Positions 28,550 to 39,813 of a stretch of DNA of 64,000 nucleotides are shown piece after piece. The position numbers and the translations under genes are program-made. Source of the stretch: Bdellovibrionales bacterium (GTDB lineage Bacteria; Bdellovibrionota; Bdellovibrionia; Bdellovibrionales; JAMPXM01); the NCBI GenBank assembly GCA_043739185.1, contig JAYUEN010000332.1:1-64000 (forward strand), given 5' to 3'. The notes below the pieces were generated by a model. The model ran no database searches. It had not been told where the DNA came from and worked only from the letters and a program-made list of their open reading frames with translations. Each line of letters starts with the position of its first letter. The stretch's first letter is position 1.

Positions 28550-29819
28550 AGATCTGTCCTTTAACTTGAGATTTTTTGTTGGCCACAAAGTAGTCAAATT
28601 CACTTCTAAATTTTTTAACAAAGCTCAAAACTGGTAAGGCCGCTGCATCTGAAAGTGCGCAAATGGTTCGGCCTTTCATATTGTCAGCCACTTGAATGAG
28701 AAGATCGAGGTCTTTTGGTTGTGCATCACCCGTGATCACAGAGTGCACGAGCTTATTCAGCCAGCCTGTGCCTTCACGACAAGGTGTACATTGGCCACAG
28801 GACTCATGATGATAAAAGTGTGTAATTGTACTTAAAATATCGACCATACAATTACTATCGTCGATCACAATAATAGCGCCGCTACCCAACATCGTGCCCA
28901 TTTGGGCCAAACATTCATAATCAAGTGTGGCTTTATATGCCTCTTCAGCCGTGAGGACAGGAGCACTTGAGCCTCCAGGAATCACAGCTTTTAATTTTCT
29001 TCCCGCCTTTAAGCCGCCACATTCTTTTTCAATAAAATCTTTAAGTGGATAACCGAGTGGGACTTCATAAGTTCCAGGTTTATTCACATCACCAGAGAGA
29101 GAAAATAATTTTGTACCAGGCGATTTTTCAGTTCCAAACTTTCTGTAAGTTGCAACCCCGTCTCGCAAAATATGAATAACACTGGCAAGGGTTTCGACAT
29201 TGTTAACAATCGTTGGTTTTTTTAAATAGCCACTCACCGCAGGAAATGGCGGTTTCAATTTCGGTTGGCCCTTGAGGCCCTCAAGAGACGAAATCATTCC
29301 GGTTTCTTCACCACAAATATAAGCGCCTGCCCCAATATACAAATCGAGTTCGAGATCGAAGCCACTACCTAAAATATTTTTCCCTAAGTAGCCAGCGGCA
29401 TAGGCTTCTTTCAAAGCCTTTTCAAGAATGGCCGCAGGTCCTGTGTATTCGCCCCGAATATAAATATAAGATTTTTTAACATTGAGAGCGAAACTTGAAA
29501 TTATCATAGATTCGATTAACTGATGCGGAGCACGCTCCATCATAAGGCGGTCTTTGAAAGTTCCTGGTTCAGACTCATCAGCATTGCAAAGCAAATATCT
29601 GGGCTCATTATTTTTTGGCAAAAATCCCCATTTTGTACCGGTAGGAAATCCGGCTCCACCCCGACCTCTTAAGCCAGCAGCTTTTACCTCATCGATAATT
29701 TTTTGCGGCTCCATCTTGAGTGCTTTGGCGAGAATTTCATAGCCACCAAGGCGTTTGTAACCTTCGATCGACCGATATTCAGGATTTGAATAATGTGCTG
29801 AAAGAATTTTGACTTCCAT
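28530..29819 (-). CDS. nuoF: NADH-quinone oxidoreductase subunit F
   Basis: GLRGRGGAGFPTG, NADESEPGTFKD, GAGAYICGEET, ESCGQCTPCREG. Confidence 0.96.
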   Translation of the reverse strand: MEVKILSAHYSNPEYRSIEGYKRLGGYEILAKALKMEPQKIIDEVKAAGLRGRGGAGFPTGTKWGFLPKNNEPRYLLCNADESEPGTFKDRLMMERAPHQLIESMIISSFALNVKKSYIYIRGEYTGPAAILEKALKEAYAAGYLGKNILGSGFDLELDLYIGAGAYICGEETGMISSLEGLKGQPKLKPPFPAVSGYLKKPTIVNNVETLASVIHILRDGVATYRKFGTEKSPGTKLFSLSGDVNKPGTYEVPLGYPLKDFIEKECGGLKAGRKLKAVIPGGSSAPVLTAEEAYKATLDYECLAQMGTMLGSGAIIVIDDSNCMVDILSTITHFYHHESCGQCTPCREGTGWLNKLVHSVITGDAQPKDLDLLIQVADNMKGRTICALSDAAALPVLSFVKKFRSEFDYFVANKKSQVKGQIYAQMHH

Positions 29820-30298
29820 TACTTAAGCTCCTTCATTAACTTCAATGCTTTTTCATGGTTGAGATTTTCAATATAAGGATCACGATTGATTTGTAGCATT
29901 GGAGCCGTATCGCAGGAACCAAGGCACTCGACTTTGCTGAAACTAAATTTTCCGTCGCGGCTGACTTCGCCAGTATTTTTCACGCCACATTCTTTCATCA
30001 TAAGATCGGTCATCTCTCTGGCCCCGGCCATGGCACAAGAAAGTGTGCAGCAAACTTGAATGTGATATTTACCCTGAGGCTTCATATTAAACATCGTATA
30101 AAAAGTTGCGACTTCTTCGATTTGCGCGATTGGAATATCCATCACTTTGGATACTTGCTCTATCGCATCAGGAGAAAGCCAGCCGCCGTTTTCATCTTGA
30201 GCTTTATACAAACAACGAATGATCGCGGATTGTTTATTCTCGTATCGGCTCAATTCTTTTTTGACGTATTCAAGCCCGTCTTTTGAAAAAGTAAACAT
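29819..30298 (-). CDS. nuoE: NADH-quinone oxidoreductase subunit E
   Basis: VATFYTMF, C-x4-C, VECLGSC..AP. Confidence 0.95.
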   Translation of the reverse strand: MFTFSKDGLEYVKKELSRYENKQSAIIRCLYKAQDENGGWLSPDAIEQVSKVMDIPIAQIEEVATFYTMFNMKPQGKYHIQVCCTLSCAMAGAREMTDLMMKECGVKNTGEVSRDGKFSFSKVECLGSCDTAPMLQINRDPYIENLNHEKALKLMKELK

Positions 30299-30308
30299 CT
30301 ATTGGCTC

Positions 30309-32051
30309 CTATCGATCTAATTCGCCGGCAATTAAATTCATACTTCCTAAAATTGCGATCACATCAGCGACTGGGCCGCCAGTGATTTGCTCGCAAAAAC
30401 TTTGATAAATTGCAAAACACGGAGGCCGCACTTTCAAGCGATAAGGACGCCCCGAACCATCACTCACCAAATAAAATCCGAGCTCACCATTGCCAGCCTC
30501 GGTCGCATCATAAATGTCACCGACTGGAGGTCGCAGTCCTTTGATCACGAGCATAAAGTGATTCATCAAACCCTCAATATTACCGTAAACATCTTTTTTC
30601 TCTGGCAAAACAATCGAACGATCACGAATAGTATAGTCACCCTCGGGAATATTTTTACAAACTTGTTCGATGATTTTTAAGGACTGACGCATTTCTTCAA
30701 CCCGCACCAAATATCTCTCAAAAACATCGCCATTGGTTCCGACTGGAATATCAAAATCGAGTTGATCGTAGCCGTAATAAGGTGTGGCCTTACGCAAATC
30801 AAGCGGCACACCCGCAGCCCTCAAGCACGGGCCAGTATAACCCCAAGCGATCGCACTTTCAGCTGAGATTGCGCCGACATTCTGTGTTCGTTTGATCCAA
30901 ATTTTATTGCCTGTTAAAAGGGTATCGAGCTCGTTAATTCCCTCTCGAATTTCTTTGCAAACTTGCAAAACATCTTTGTACCAGCCATCGGGCGCGTCTT
31001 GGGCCATGCCACCGATTCGGGTGAGTGATACTGTTAAGCGTGCGCCACAGAGCTTTTCAAAAAGTGAATAAACTTTTTCGCGATAAGTGAAGAGGTGAAA
31101 AAAGCCTGTCAATGCGCCAAGGTCTACCGCATTTGCGCCGATACAGACAAAGTGATCAATAATACGTGCGAGTTCAGATAAAATGACCCGCATCGCTTGC
31201 GCTTTGGGAGGAATGGTCACGCCCAACATTCGCTCGACAGTCTTGCAATAGGCCACATTGTTCAGAGGCGCTGAGCAATAATTCAAACGATCCGTATATG
31301 GAATGACTTGATTATAAGGATGGGTCTCGGCCATCTTTTCAAAACATCTGTGCAAGAAACCAAGTTCAACATTGGCGCGCGCGACGGTCTCGCCATCTAA
31401 TTCAGCCATCACTCTCAAGGTGCCATGAGTTGCTGGATGTGCAGGCCCAATATTCAATGGAACCAAATTTCTGCCGCCAGGATTCCAATTAGGGTCTGGT
31501 GCAAAATGAACCGGCAGAGCATTCGAACAATGTTGTTGATGATCAGCCTCATAATCTTTGCGCAGCGGATGCCCTACAAATTGATGATGGGTTAAAATTC
31601 GAGTCATATTTTTATGACCGTCAAATTTCATTCCAAACATATCGTAAGCTTCGCGCTCAAAAAAGTTTGCGCCCTTCCAGATACCAGTTGCAGTCTCAAC
31701 ACTTTCGCCTTCAGCTAACTTCGTCTTAACTCGAATACGCTGATAATTTTTTGAATTAAACAAGTGATAGACGACATCAAAACGTTGCTGGCGCTCAGGG
31801 TAGTCGGCGCCACAAACATCCATCAAAAAATCAAATTGCGAATTATTTTTCAAATAGCGAAGTAGTGTGCCCACTTCGTCTTTTGGAACTTCAATACAAT
31901 CATCACCTAGATTTGTGCGAAATTGGTATGAGGCCGCTTTGCTGCCAAGAAACTGGGTAAGACCTGCTTTGAGGTTTTCGAGATTCTTACTTCCGGTTTG
32001 AGAATTGCCAGCCTGAGAATTTTGCGAAGTTTGACTATCGGTATTGATCAT
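30309..32051 (-). CDS. nuoCD: NADH-quinone oxidoreductase subunit C/D fusion
   Basis: NuoC motifs [17 protein letters not shown]; NuoD motifs [24 protein letters not shown]-terminal GELDR. Confidence 0.94.
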   Translation of the reverse strand: MINTDSQTSQNSQAGNSQTGSKNLENLKAGLTQFLGSKAASYQFRTNLGDDCIEVPKDEVGTLLRYLKNNSQFDFLMDVCGADYPERQQRFDVVYHLFNSKNYQRIRVKTKLAEGESVETATGIWKGANFFEREAYDMFGMKFDGHKNMTRILTHHQFVGHPLRKDYEADHQQHCSNALPVHFAPDPNWNPGGRNLVPLNIGPAHPATHGTLRVMAELDGETVARANVELGFLHRCFEKMAETHPYNQVIPYTDRLNYCSAPLNNVAYCKTVERMLGVTIPPKAQAMRVILSELARIIDHFVCIGANAVDLGALTGFFHLFTYREKVYSLFEKLCGARLTVSLTRIGGMAQDAPDGWYKDVLQVCKEIREGINELDTLLTGNKIWIKRTQNVGAISAESAIAWGYTGPCLRAAGVPLDLRKATPYYGYDQLDFDIPVGTNGDVFERYLVRVEEMRQSLKIIEQVCKNIPEGDYTIRDRSIVLPEKKDVYGNIEGLMNHFMLVIKGLRPPVGDIYDATEAGNGELGFYLVSDGSGRPYRLKVRPPCFAIYQSFCEQITGGPVADVIAILGSMNLIAGELDR

Positions 32052-32598
32052 AATTCGGCGCCTTCCAATTATCTTTCCACGGACGTGGTTTGTGTTCTGC
32101 AATCATTCTTTGAAGAGTCATAATTCCGTCGAGTACGGCCTCAGGAGTTGGTGGGCATCCTGGAACAAAAACATCAACCGGAACAACGCGGTCTATACCC
32201 TGAAGAACATGGTAGGAGCGATAAAAGCCGCCCGAACTCGCGCATGCGCCCATCGAAATTACATATTTTGGATCAAGCATCTGTTGGTAAATATGAACCA
32301 GGACTGGCGCCATTTTTTCAGTAATGGTTCCGGCAACAAGCAACAGATCTGCCTGGCGAGGAGAAAATCTCACCACCTCGGCACCAAATCTAGCGAGATC
32401 ATATTTCGGACCCATCACACTCATGAGTTCGATTCCGCAACAGGCAGTTCCGTAGGGCATCGGCCAGAGAGAATTTTTTCTGCCCCAGGCGACAAGATCA
32501 TCGAGCTTCGTAGCAAAGGCAAAGGACTTCGATAGTTCATCGATGCTGTGATCTACTTTGGGATCTTGATTTGAGTTGACCGGATTTGCAGAGCTCAT
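32035..32598 (-). CDS. nuoB: NADH-quinone oxidoreductase subunit B
   Basis: [33 protein letters not shown]. Confidence 0.96.
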   Translation of the reverse strand: MSSANPVNSNQDPKVDHSIDELSKSFAFATKLDDLVAWGRKNSLWPMPYGTACCGIELMSVMGPKYDLARFGAEVVRFSPRQADLLLVAGTITEKMAPVLVHIYQQMLDPKYVISMGACASSGGFYRSYHVLQGIDRVVPVDVFVPGCPPTPEAVLDGIMTLQRMIAEHKPRPWKDNWKAPNYDQYR

Positions 32599-32813
32599 GA
32601 GTAACCTCAATTTAATGGGCAAAATAAATTTGCCAATTCAATAAAAATGCCGCGTACCTATCTAAGTACGTATTAACATAGCTTAAACCCGAAGAATCTC
32701 AATGAAAATGGAATGAGAATATGGGATTTTGGGAGCTTGCGTCTGATCACAGGATTAATGTTTGAAATCGTCCTCCCTTGCTGACTAGACTATTCGTATA
32801 GCAATTTTACGAA

Positions 32814-34331
32814 ATGCACGGAGGCATTATGAAGTTTTTTGCCAGTTCTTTGGTTTATTTTCTGGGCGGTATAGTTTTAGTGTGTTGTGCTTTTTCTCAA
32901 AGCGCTCAGGCCACAGCGGACCCAAATGATGTCTTAGTGAAATTCAAAAGCCATAAGGCATTGATTCAATATTCAGCAGTGGGCCTTAGAAGTGGCATTT
33001 CGATCGAAAATCTCGGCTTTGCCAATTGGGCACATATTCAATTGCCCGCAGGAAGCAGCGGCCTTTTTAATATTGATAATCTAAAAAGTAATCCGCAAAT
33101 TTTGAAGATTCAGCCAAATTTCAAACTTCATTTAATCGAAGATTATGCGAATTCAGGGGTACTTCAGGACCCCAACTATTTATTAGAATTAATTAAACTA
33201 AGTCAGAATCAAGCTCCTGCCCCCCTTGATAAACCCGACCTACCGGTTTTAATTTCGAGCACCGGTGGCAGTGGCGAAGATCCACTCTTCAAAAACCAAT
33301 GGGGCATGCAAGACATAGGTGCAAAGTCTGCTTGGAAGCAAGCACGCGGCAAAGGAGTCATTGTTGCTGTAATTGATACTGGCGTCGATTATACTCACGA
33401 AGACTTACTTGATAATATGTGGAGAAACGAAGGCGAAATCGGCTTTGATAATCAGGGCCACGACAAGTCTAAAAATGGCGTGGATGACGACGGCAACGGA
33501 TATATCGACGACGTCATGGCTTGGGATTTTTCAGACAATGACAATAAGCCTTATGACGTTCACGGCCAACTACTTGATGTCATCCTAAAAGGCGAAAACC
33601 CTGGGCATGGCACACATTGCGCTGGCAATGTTGCGGCACGCGCCGACAATGGCAAGGGAACCTCGGGCGTCGCTCCTCTTGCGCAAATTATGCCACTGCG
33701 TTTTATCAGCAAAGCTGGTCAAGGTACGACTGCGGGTGCTATCCAAGCTATCATGTACGCCATCAATAATGGCGCAAAGGTATTATCTAATTCTTGGGGC
33801 TCTGAAGGTGAAGATCCAAAAGAAGCTGGCGACAATCAAGCGCTAAAAGAAGTTATTACCGGCGGTCAAGAAAAAGGTGTTCTCTTTATTTTCGCTGCGG
33901 GCAACGGACATGCAGGCGTAGGCTATGACAATGATTCGGACCCCAAGCCCGGAGTTCCAGCCAGTTACCCAATTGAAAACATCATAAGTGTTGCAGCCAT
34001 TGATAAAGACAATAATCTCGGAAAGTTTTCAAATTGGGGCCTGCATAGCGTTCATATCGCAGCCCCTGGTGTACAAGTTTTTTCAACAACCGTGGGAAAT
34101 ACCTATTCAGATACCATCATTGATTTTCTCGGAATGAAAGCAACTTGGGATGGAACTTCAATGGCAGCACCGCATGTATCAGGAGCCGCTGCACTCTACT
34201 GGTCAAAATATCCAGATGCCAATTGGCGCGTGGTAAAAAAGGCCATCTTAGATTCAGCAACACCCATTGACAGCATGAAGGGCAAATCCATTTCTGGCGG
34301 CAAGCTCAACGTCGAAAAACTACTAAAGTAA
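32814..34331 (+). CDS. Secreted subtilisin-like serine protease (S8)
   Basis: Signal peptide; VIDTG, HGTHCAG, AAGN, GTSMAAP catalytic motifs. Confidence 0.93.
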   Translation: MHGGIMKFFASSLVYFLGGIVLVCCAFSQSAQATADPNDVLVKFKSHKALIQYSAVGLRSGISIENLGFANWAHIQLPAGSSGLFNIDNLKSNPQILKIQPNFKLHLIEDYANSGVLQDPNYLLELIKLSQNQAPAPLDKPDLPVLISSTGGSGEDPLFKNQWGMQDIGAKSAWKQARGKGVIVAVIDTGVDYTHEDLLDNMWRNEGEIGFDNQGHDKSKNGVDDDGNGYIDDVMAWDFSDNDNKPYDVHGQLLDVILKGENPGHGTHCAGNVAARADNGKGTSGVAPLAQIMPLRFISKAGQGTTAGAIQAIMYAINNGAKVLSNSWGSEGEDPKEAGDNQALKEVITGGQEKGVLFIFAAGNGHAGVGYDNDSDPKPGVPASYPIENIISVAAIDKDNNLGKFSNWGLHSVHIAAPGVQVFSTTVGNTYSDTIIDFLGMKATWDGTSMAAPHVSGAAALYWSKYPDANWRVVKKAILDSATPIDSMKGKSISGGKLNVEKLLK

Positions 34332-34346
34332 AAATTATTTTCATCT

Positions 34347-34371
34347 TGAGCCCAACCCCGAGTTGGGCTCA
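34347..34371. terminator. Hairpin after the protease gene, possible terminator
   Basis: 10-bp perfect stem TGAGCCCAAC/GTTGGGCTCA with a 5-nt loop; no U-tract on the plus strand. Confidence 0.5.
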
Positions 34372-34460
34372 CATCGGACCATCTGCCGCGCCAAAATTGT
34401 CGCGCTTTTGTCAAGATTTCACGTTCCATTTCCTATAGGCAGGCAGAGCTTAGCTTAAGC

Positions 34461-34476
34461 TGGCGCATGGCTTGCT
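34461..34476 (+). promoter_or_regulatory. Putative sigma54 promoter
   Basis: TGGCGC-ATGGC-TTGCT matches TGGCAC-N5-TTGC; about 32 bp before ATG 34509. Confidence 0.55.
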
Positions 34477-34508
34477 CTAATCACCCCTGAGCCAAGGGGG
34501 CTTAAAAA

Positions 34509-35528
34509 ATGGGTATGGGTTTCAAAGTCTTGATTTTGTATTCTTGCCTGCTTGGCATTCTTGCCCAAGCTGAAGAAATCAATATTCACGAAAACTTATT
34601 TGCCAAAACCAATCTTCAAAATGAGTTGCGCGAAGAAGCTGTTCGCATCGAAACCTCAACTAACAATGATCCCTCAAATGATCCAGCACATGATCCTACT
34701 GCGGTGCTTTATCTTTTAAGTGCTTCAGGCAAGCGACTTCCGGTTCATTTTGTTGAGCCAAGCGATCGCAAAAAAGTAAGCTTTGTTTTTATTGGTGGCC
34801 TTGATTCTGATATTGATAGCTTTAAAAAAATTGAGGACGGCCTGATACCACTAGGTTATGGCTCAATCCGAATTGAATTAAAGGGTCAGGGCAGACTCGT
34901 CTCGAATTCTCCTTTGATTGAGCCTATTCAGGTTTCAGATCAAGCAAAAGATTTGATTTCAGTTCTCAATCAACTCAATATTGACAAGAGTCGCATGGCC
35001 CTTGTCGGCTACTCATACGGAGCGAGCGTCAGCATTCAAACAGCGATTTATTTACACGAAACCGCCCCTGAGAAAATCGCCTCACTTGATTTGATCAATC
35101 CACTTTTACAAGACGAGAACTACGGAACAGATTTTAGTTCAGTTTTTATACGACTTAAGAATATTTCTGGTCCTACTCCAAGCCGTGAACTTCCGCCTAT
35201 TGAGCTTCTTAAGCAGTTGAGTCTGTCGGGCGAATTTGCAAGCCAAACCGATGGGGCTTTTAATTTAGCAGAGGTCACATCGGCCTATAATTTATTTAGT
35301 GGCCTTAGCAATGATCTGGCCGATAGTTTATTGTCAATCAATACAAAAGTAAATTTCTTTGATGGCCTTGCAGATTTGGTTTTGCCAGCAATCGATAAAA
35401 CCAATCTCTTTGAGAGAGTTTTGATCAGAAATCGTGGTTCTTATTATCGCGCCGAGGGCGTGTCCCACCGGGCGCCTGAAGAATCACCTGCTGAAGTGAT
35501 TCGCTTTTTAGTTGAAGCCAACCCTTGA
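34509..35528 (+). CDS. Secreted alpha/beta hydrolase
   Basis: Signal peptide; GYSYG nucleophile elbow; ELKGQG; C-terminal GVSH..PEE. Confidence 0.85.
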   Translation: MGMGFKVLILYSCLLGILAQAEEINIHENLFAKTNLQNELREEAVRIETSTNNDPSNDPAHDPTAVLYLLSASGKRLPVHFVEPSDRKKVSFVFIGGLDSDIDSFKKIEDGLIPLGYGSIRIELKGQGRLVSNSPLIEPIQVSDQAKDLISVLNQLNIDKSRMALVGYSYGASVSIQTAIYLHETAPEKIASLDLINPLLQDENYGTDFSSVFIRLKNISGPTPSRELPPIELLKQLSLSGEFASQTDGAFNLAEVTSAYNLFSGLSNDLADSLLSINTKVNFFDGLADLVLPAIDKTNLFERVLIRNRGSYYRAEGVSHRAPEESPAEVIRFLVEANP

Positions 35529-35535
35529 TGGGATG

Positions 35536-36201
35536 CTATTCATCCTTCAAATCTTTGAAGTTTGCGTAATTCCGCTCGGAAAGTCGTTGTTGCTTTTTCC
35601 ATTTAGTTACTTCTTGTTCGTAGCTCACTTTCTTTTCATTTAGGGCCTTTTGATCTTTTTGAGCTTGTCCGAGCTTTTCAAGCAATGCCTTTTCGAGATC
35701 AACTATTTCCTGATGATGATTTTGCCAGTTGCCTTGTTCAGCCTCCATACTTTGAAGTTTCGCTTGGTATGCCGTTATATTTTCTGCCCGCTTGAGCTGA
35801 TTTGCTTCTAACTTTGCAAGTGATGCCTTCAAGTCTTCAATTTGCTTTTTTTCAAGATCCATTTTATCTTGTTCGGATTTCATAAATCCTTGTACCTGCT
35901 TTTTTGAGGATTCGACTCCGGACTTTCCCTTTTGAGAGTCCTCTAACTGTTTTCGAATCGCCAGCTTTTGCTTTTCGAGCTGCTTGAGCGCCGATTGAGT
36001 TTCTTTAATATTCTGATCTACAATTTTAAGATTGTCCTCGTATTGCTTGAGATTCACTTTGCTCGAGCTCACATTTTCTTTTAACTGAACGACCTTTTCA
36101 GAAATATTGGTTTCTCCGCTTGCTGAAGCGGCGAGGCAAAGAATACCCACTATCGTATAACTCATGGCGATTATTTTAGAATGTAGATTTGATTTTTTCA
36201 C
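35536..36201 (-). CDS. Secreted coiled-coil protein
   Basis: N-terminal hydrophobic segment, then K/Q/E-rich heptads; overlaps the upstream gene. Confidence 0.75.
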   Translation of the reverse strand: MKKSNLHSKIIAMSYTIVGILCLAASASGETNISEKVVQLKENVSSSKVNLKQYEDNLKIVDQNIKETQSALKQLEKQKLAIRKQLEDSQKGKSGVESSKKQVQGFMKSEQDKMDLEKKQIEDLKASLAKLEANQLKRAENITAYQAKLQSMEAEQGNWQNHHQEIVDLEKALLEKLGQAQKDQKALNEKKVSYEQEVTKWKKQQRLSERNYANFKDLKDE

Positions 36202-38678
36202 TGGTCTCCTCCGTTACGAGCTTGCTTGCTGTCTGGACAATTATTTTTAAGTGAAGATCGGTAGTGGCCAATTTCATCTTCCCAGTATTCCCCATCGAAA
36301 TCCCATTGAAGACTTTTTGATTTCGGCATCACACTTGCCGGAACCCGATTCGATTTTTCGCCGCCGGCAACTTGAAAACGAATATTTTCTCCGCTGCCAG
36401 AGTAGACTTCATAACGTAGCAGTTCATTATTGTCTAAAATTCGAATGAGATCTTCTTTCATATTGGTTAAGCGCTTCTTCAAAGTAATTTCAAGATCTGT
36501 TTTACTTGAAGCAATTCTCTCTTCAGCCAACTTAACCGATTCAGCCCGGTAGGCTGAAACTGCTTTCTTGGCATCATTGAAAAGGTCGATTTGAAAAAAC
36601 TGCGAGTTGAGATTTTTAAACTCGCGCTCGAGTTCACTCTCGAGATCGTGTTTCAGTTCTGCTTGAGCCGCAATATTTCCGATTGCAATCAGTTGCTTCT
36701 TGACCACTTCGATTCGAGTTCGAGACTTTGTAATGGTCGCCTGAGCTCTTGCTAAACTGGTTTCAACGTCTTTGTCTAAACGAGCGTAAATATCGCGTTC
36801 CTCGGCTTGACGATTCAAGGCCAATTGGCGGACCAAGAAATCTTTATGCCTTGCCATTTCACGAATGATCGGGCCGGGCAAGCCATCAGTTTCACTTGAG
36901 GTTTTCGAAGTAATATAGGTTTTAACAGTTTGATAAACTGCGTGGCCCCCACTGGTCTGATAGGCAACCATCTTATCAAAATAGGGCCGATACATTTTCT
37001 CAAGCACGCTCAAGGTTTTGTAGGCATCGCCATATTGACATAGATTCAGGTACCCAATGGTACGAATGACATAACTCTCAGGTTTATAAACCGCATTGAA
37101 AAACGGCGACTGCACCGAATACATATTGCCAATGGCCCCGCTAAAGTCAGACATTTCTAACTGTGACCATCCCATTTCGGTTAAACTTTGAACCCACAAA
37201 GGATGATCTTTTGAAACCTTCAAAAAGTTCTCACGGGCTTCTTTGAATTTCTTTTCTTGAAATTGCATTCGGGCCAAATTCAATGCAACCAAGGCTTGAA
37301 ATTCTTCGTTTTTCTTTTCGAGTGAAAGTTGTTTTATAAGCCCTTCTTGAATTTGTAGCGCTTTCGAACGATCACCAATTTCATACTCGGCCAAAGCTCT
37401 TAAAAATTGCGCCTCTAAATACTTAGGATGTTTTTCAGGCACCAATTGCGCATAACTTAGTGTGGTTTTGAATCGCTCTGTTTTGGCGCCAAAATTCGCC
37501 AATATATAATAGACATTCCCTTTTACTATAGGATCTACGTCTTCAAACGCCTTTTTATTTGATGAGAGTTTAAATAATGCCTTACCGAGGCCATCAATTA
37601 CTTCGGGAGGAACATCTTGGCTCAATTCTTTAAAAAGCTTTTTGCTATAATGCAGGTCTTCAGCTTCAAAGACTCGTCGTGCTTTCTCATAAAAATCAGT
37701 CATAAGCCCCAGCTGTTTTGAACACATTGAAAGGTAGTAATTTCCTTCGCTCTCATAAAATGGCGTTTTAGTAAGTGGATGAAACAAACTCACCGCCACG
37801 GCACAACGATCGCCTTGCTTGAAAAGTAGAATACCATTTAAGAGACGCGTTTCTTCAGTCGTAAGCGGAAGGTATTTAACAAGCTTGAGAGGTGATTCAA
37901 TACCTGAGAGCCACTTTAATTTATCAAGCTCAGCATGAGATATCGGTGTGAAATGAGCAGGAGTCATCTTTGCGAATTGTGAATTGGGCAAAGCCGCTGA
38001 AATCTTAGTTAGTCCTTGTACCTCTTTATCCGTCAAGGTCTCAGGAGTCGACAGAGGTGCAACAGCAAAGTCTGAAAATTTCTTTTGAAAACTATCAGAC
38101 AAAGCGTAACTTTGTGCACTTATCTTAACTTCTTTGTTGATTTCTAAATAGGGAATTTTTGAGCTCGAGATTTCATAAGTCTCAACGCCTGCCTTATTTG
38201 ATGCTAGGTTTTTAACGACATCATGTGTTTTCATTGGAGCCTGGACTTGCACAAGCGGAGCGCTCGGAGCCGTCCACACACTCGAATTATCTGAGCTTGG
38301 ATTTCGTTTCAAATTTTGCGCCGTTGCAGCCGCCGGTGGTTGTGTTACTGCAACTGGCTTGGCTTGAATTGAGGCTGGCTTTTCATTTCCAAAGAAAAAA
38401 TTCTTTACTTGAGAAATAACTTTTGCCGTGACAGATGCCGGCGCCTGACTCTGAAGGCTTGATACTTTGGCTGGACTTGCTTGAAGCGCTTGAGACTCTT
38501 TGGTAGATGAAGTCACAACGGAATCAAGGGTGCGGACCGCACGCTCTTGGTATGCCTGAGCCTTATAAACGCCGGCCGAGTCTTCATGGCGTGCGAATGT
38601 ATTCTGCGAATAAAATACGATAGCAAGGCTTAAACTCAAGCCCAAACTAAATAACATTTTCATATTCTGAGCTTTCAT
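36198..38678 (-). CDS. TPR protein, GltC-like (gliding motility)
   Basis: Signal peptide; TPR helices; SPFF..YKPES..YLNLCQY and C-terminal WDFDGEYWEDEIGHYR..C. Confidence 0.75.
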   Translation of the reverse strand: MKAQNMKMLFSLGLSLSLAIVFYSQNTFARHEDSAGVYKAQAYQERAVRTLDSVVTSSTKESQALQASPAKVSSLQSQAPASVTAKVISQVKNFFFGNEKPASIQAKPVAVTQPPAAATAQNLKRNPSSDNSSVWTAPSAPLVQVQAPMKTHDVVKNLASNKAGVETYEISSSKIPYLEINKEVKISAQSYALSDSFQKKFSDFAVAPLSTPETLTDKEVQGLTKISAALPNSQFAKMTPAHFTPISHAELDKLKWLSGIESPLKLVKYLPLTTEETRLLNGILLFKQGDRCAVAVSLFHPLTKTPFYESEGNYYLSMCSKQLGLMTDFYEKARRVFEAEDLHYSKKLFKELSQDVPPEVIDGLGKALFKLSSNKKAFEDVDPIVKGNVYYILANFGAKTERFKTTLSYAQLVPEKHPKYLEAQFLRALAEYEIGDRSKALQIQEGLIKQLSLEKKNEEFQALVALNLARMQFQEKKFKEARENFLKVSKDHPLWVQSLTEMGWSQLEMSDFSGAIGNMYSVQSPFFNAVYKPESYVIRTIGYLNLCQYGDAYKTLSVLEKMYRPYFDKMVAYQTSGGHAVYQTVKTYITSKTSSETDGLPGPIIREMARHKDFLVRQLALNRQAEERDIYARLDKDVETSLARAQATITKSRTRIEVVKKQLIAIGNIAAQAELKHDLESELEREFKNLNSQFFQIDLFNDAKKAVSAYRAESVKLAEERIASSKTDLEITLKKRLTNMKEDLIRILDNNELLRYEVYSGSGENIRFQVAGGEKSNRVPASVMPKSKSLQWDFDGEYWEDEIGHYRSSLKNNCPDSKQARNGGDQ

Positions 38679-38693
38679 AAAATCTCTCTCAAA

Positions 38694-39518
38694 CTAAAAA
38701 AAGTAATCGATTCCAAACACTAAGTTCGTATCATGCGAAAATTCGGTTCGAAGACTATTATAGGGGGTCTTGTAACTAATCACGTCGGCATTGAACCAGC
38801 GATTTTGAAATTCACCGCGAATCGCAAAATTATTTGTCAGAAAAAAATGTTGAGTGACGTTGAGTGAAAAGGTGGGGGCCGATTTCCCGACGCTCGGGGC
38901 ATTGTTTCTCTGCTGTTCATATTGAGTCACTCCGAATCCAGGACTGAAAGCCATATCAAAATAAAGAATCTTGGTATTCATTAAACTCATTTTGGCATAG
39001 ATCGGAATCCAATTGTAATTCACTCCCATATAGCCAATAGTTCGGTCGAAGTCAGGACGAGTTCCATAGTCATTATTGAAAACGTTCACTGCATTATTAT
39101 CTTTGGTGATATTTCTTAAATACTGCAATTCAATTCCGGAGCGTTCATTTATAAAATACTGCACCGACAAATTATATGAAAAGCCATCTGAATACGCATC
39201 ATTGACAACTGGTCCGTAGGTCGCCGCAAATGCAAATCTCTTAGCTTTGGTGTAAGCGCGATTTTGCACGACAGAAAAATCGGTGTCCTTTGCTGACCAG
39301 TATTTTTTTTCTAAATCAGAAACGTCGAGCTTATCAGAATTTGCAGGTGTTGACACCGGAGCTGGTGTAGCTGCCGGAGCTGAAGCGCTCGCTTTTGAAT
39401 CTGCCGCAAAACTCGATTGTGCAGCAAAAACACCAGTTAAAACAAAAGCGCAACAAATGCGCGAATTGTTTTTTAACTTTGAAAAACTTTGCGATGCCAT
39501 GCCTGCCAACGATTTCAT
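38694..39518 (-). CDS. Outer-membrane beta-barrel protein, GltA/GltB-like
   Basis: VVQNRAYTK, NDAY, WIPIYAKMSL, YFD; C-terminal Phe. Confidence 0.75.
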   Translation of the reverse strand: MKSLAGMASQSFSKLKNNSRICCAFVLTGVFAAQSSFAADSKASASAPAATPAPVSTPANSDKLDVSDLEKKYWSAKDTDFSVVQNRAYTKAKRFAFAATYGPVVNDAYSDGFSYNLSVQYFINERSGIELQYLRNITKDNNAVNVFNNDYGTRPDFDRTIGYMGVNYNWIPIYAKMSLMNTKILYFDMAFSPGFGVTQYEQQRNNAPSVGKSAPTFSLNVTQHFFLTNNFAIRGEFQNRWFNADVISYKTPYNSLRTEFSHDTNLVFGIDYFF

Positions 39519-39539
39519 AAACTCTCCAGCCTGAGGTCT

Positions 39540-39803
39540 CTACTTAATGTAATAAGCCGACTCTTTAATGTTTTCGTCAAAATTGCGCCTAACTTTATAG
39601 AGCGGCATGAAGTCAATGCCTCGTTTTTGCACGAGATAGGCTCCATCTGGATTACGAACGACGCCGTCAATATTTGTCTCATCAAAATTTACATCTTGTG
39701 TCTTACGATACTTCACTGTCTTGGCTGAAACTGTAGAAGTTATTAACAGAGACGTGACCAGCAGAATCGTCCACAATGATTGGTTTGTGACTTTGGATTT
39801 CAT
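39540..39803 (-). CDS. Small exported gliding protein, CglF/GltF-like
   Basis: Signal peptide; YRKTQDVNFDETNIDGVVRNPDG..F..L..VRRNF. Confidence 0.75.
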   Translation of the reverse strand: MKSKVTNQSLWTILLVTSLLITSTVSAKTVKYRKTQDVNFDETNIDGVVRNPDGAYLVQKRGIDFMPLYKVRRNFDENIKESAYYIK

Positions 39804-39813
39804 AATTCCCCCT

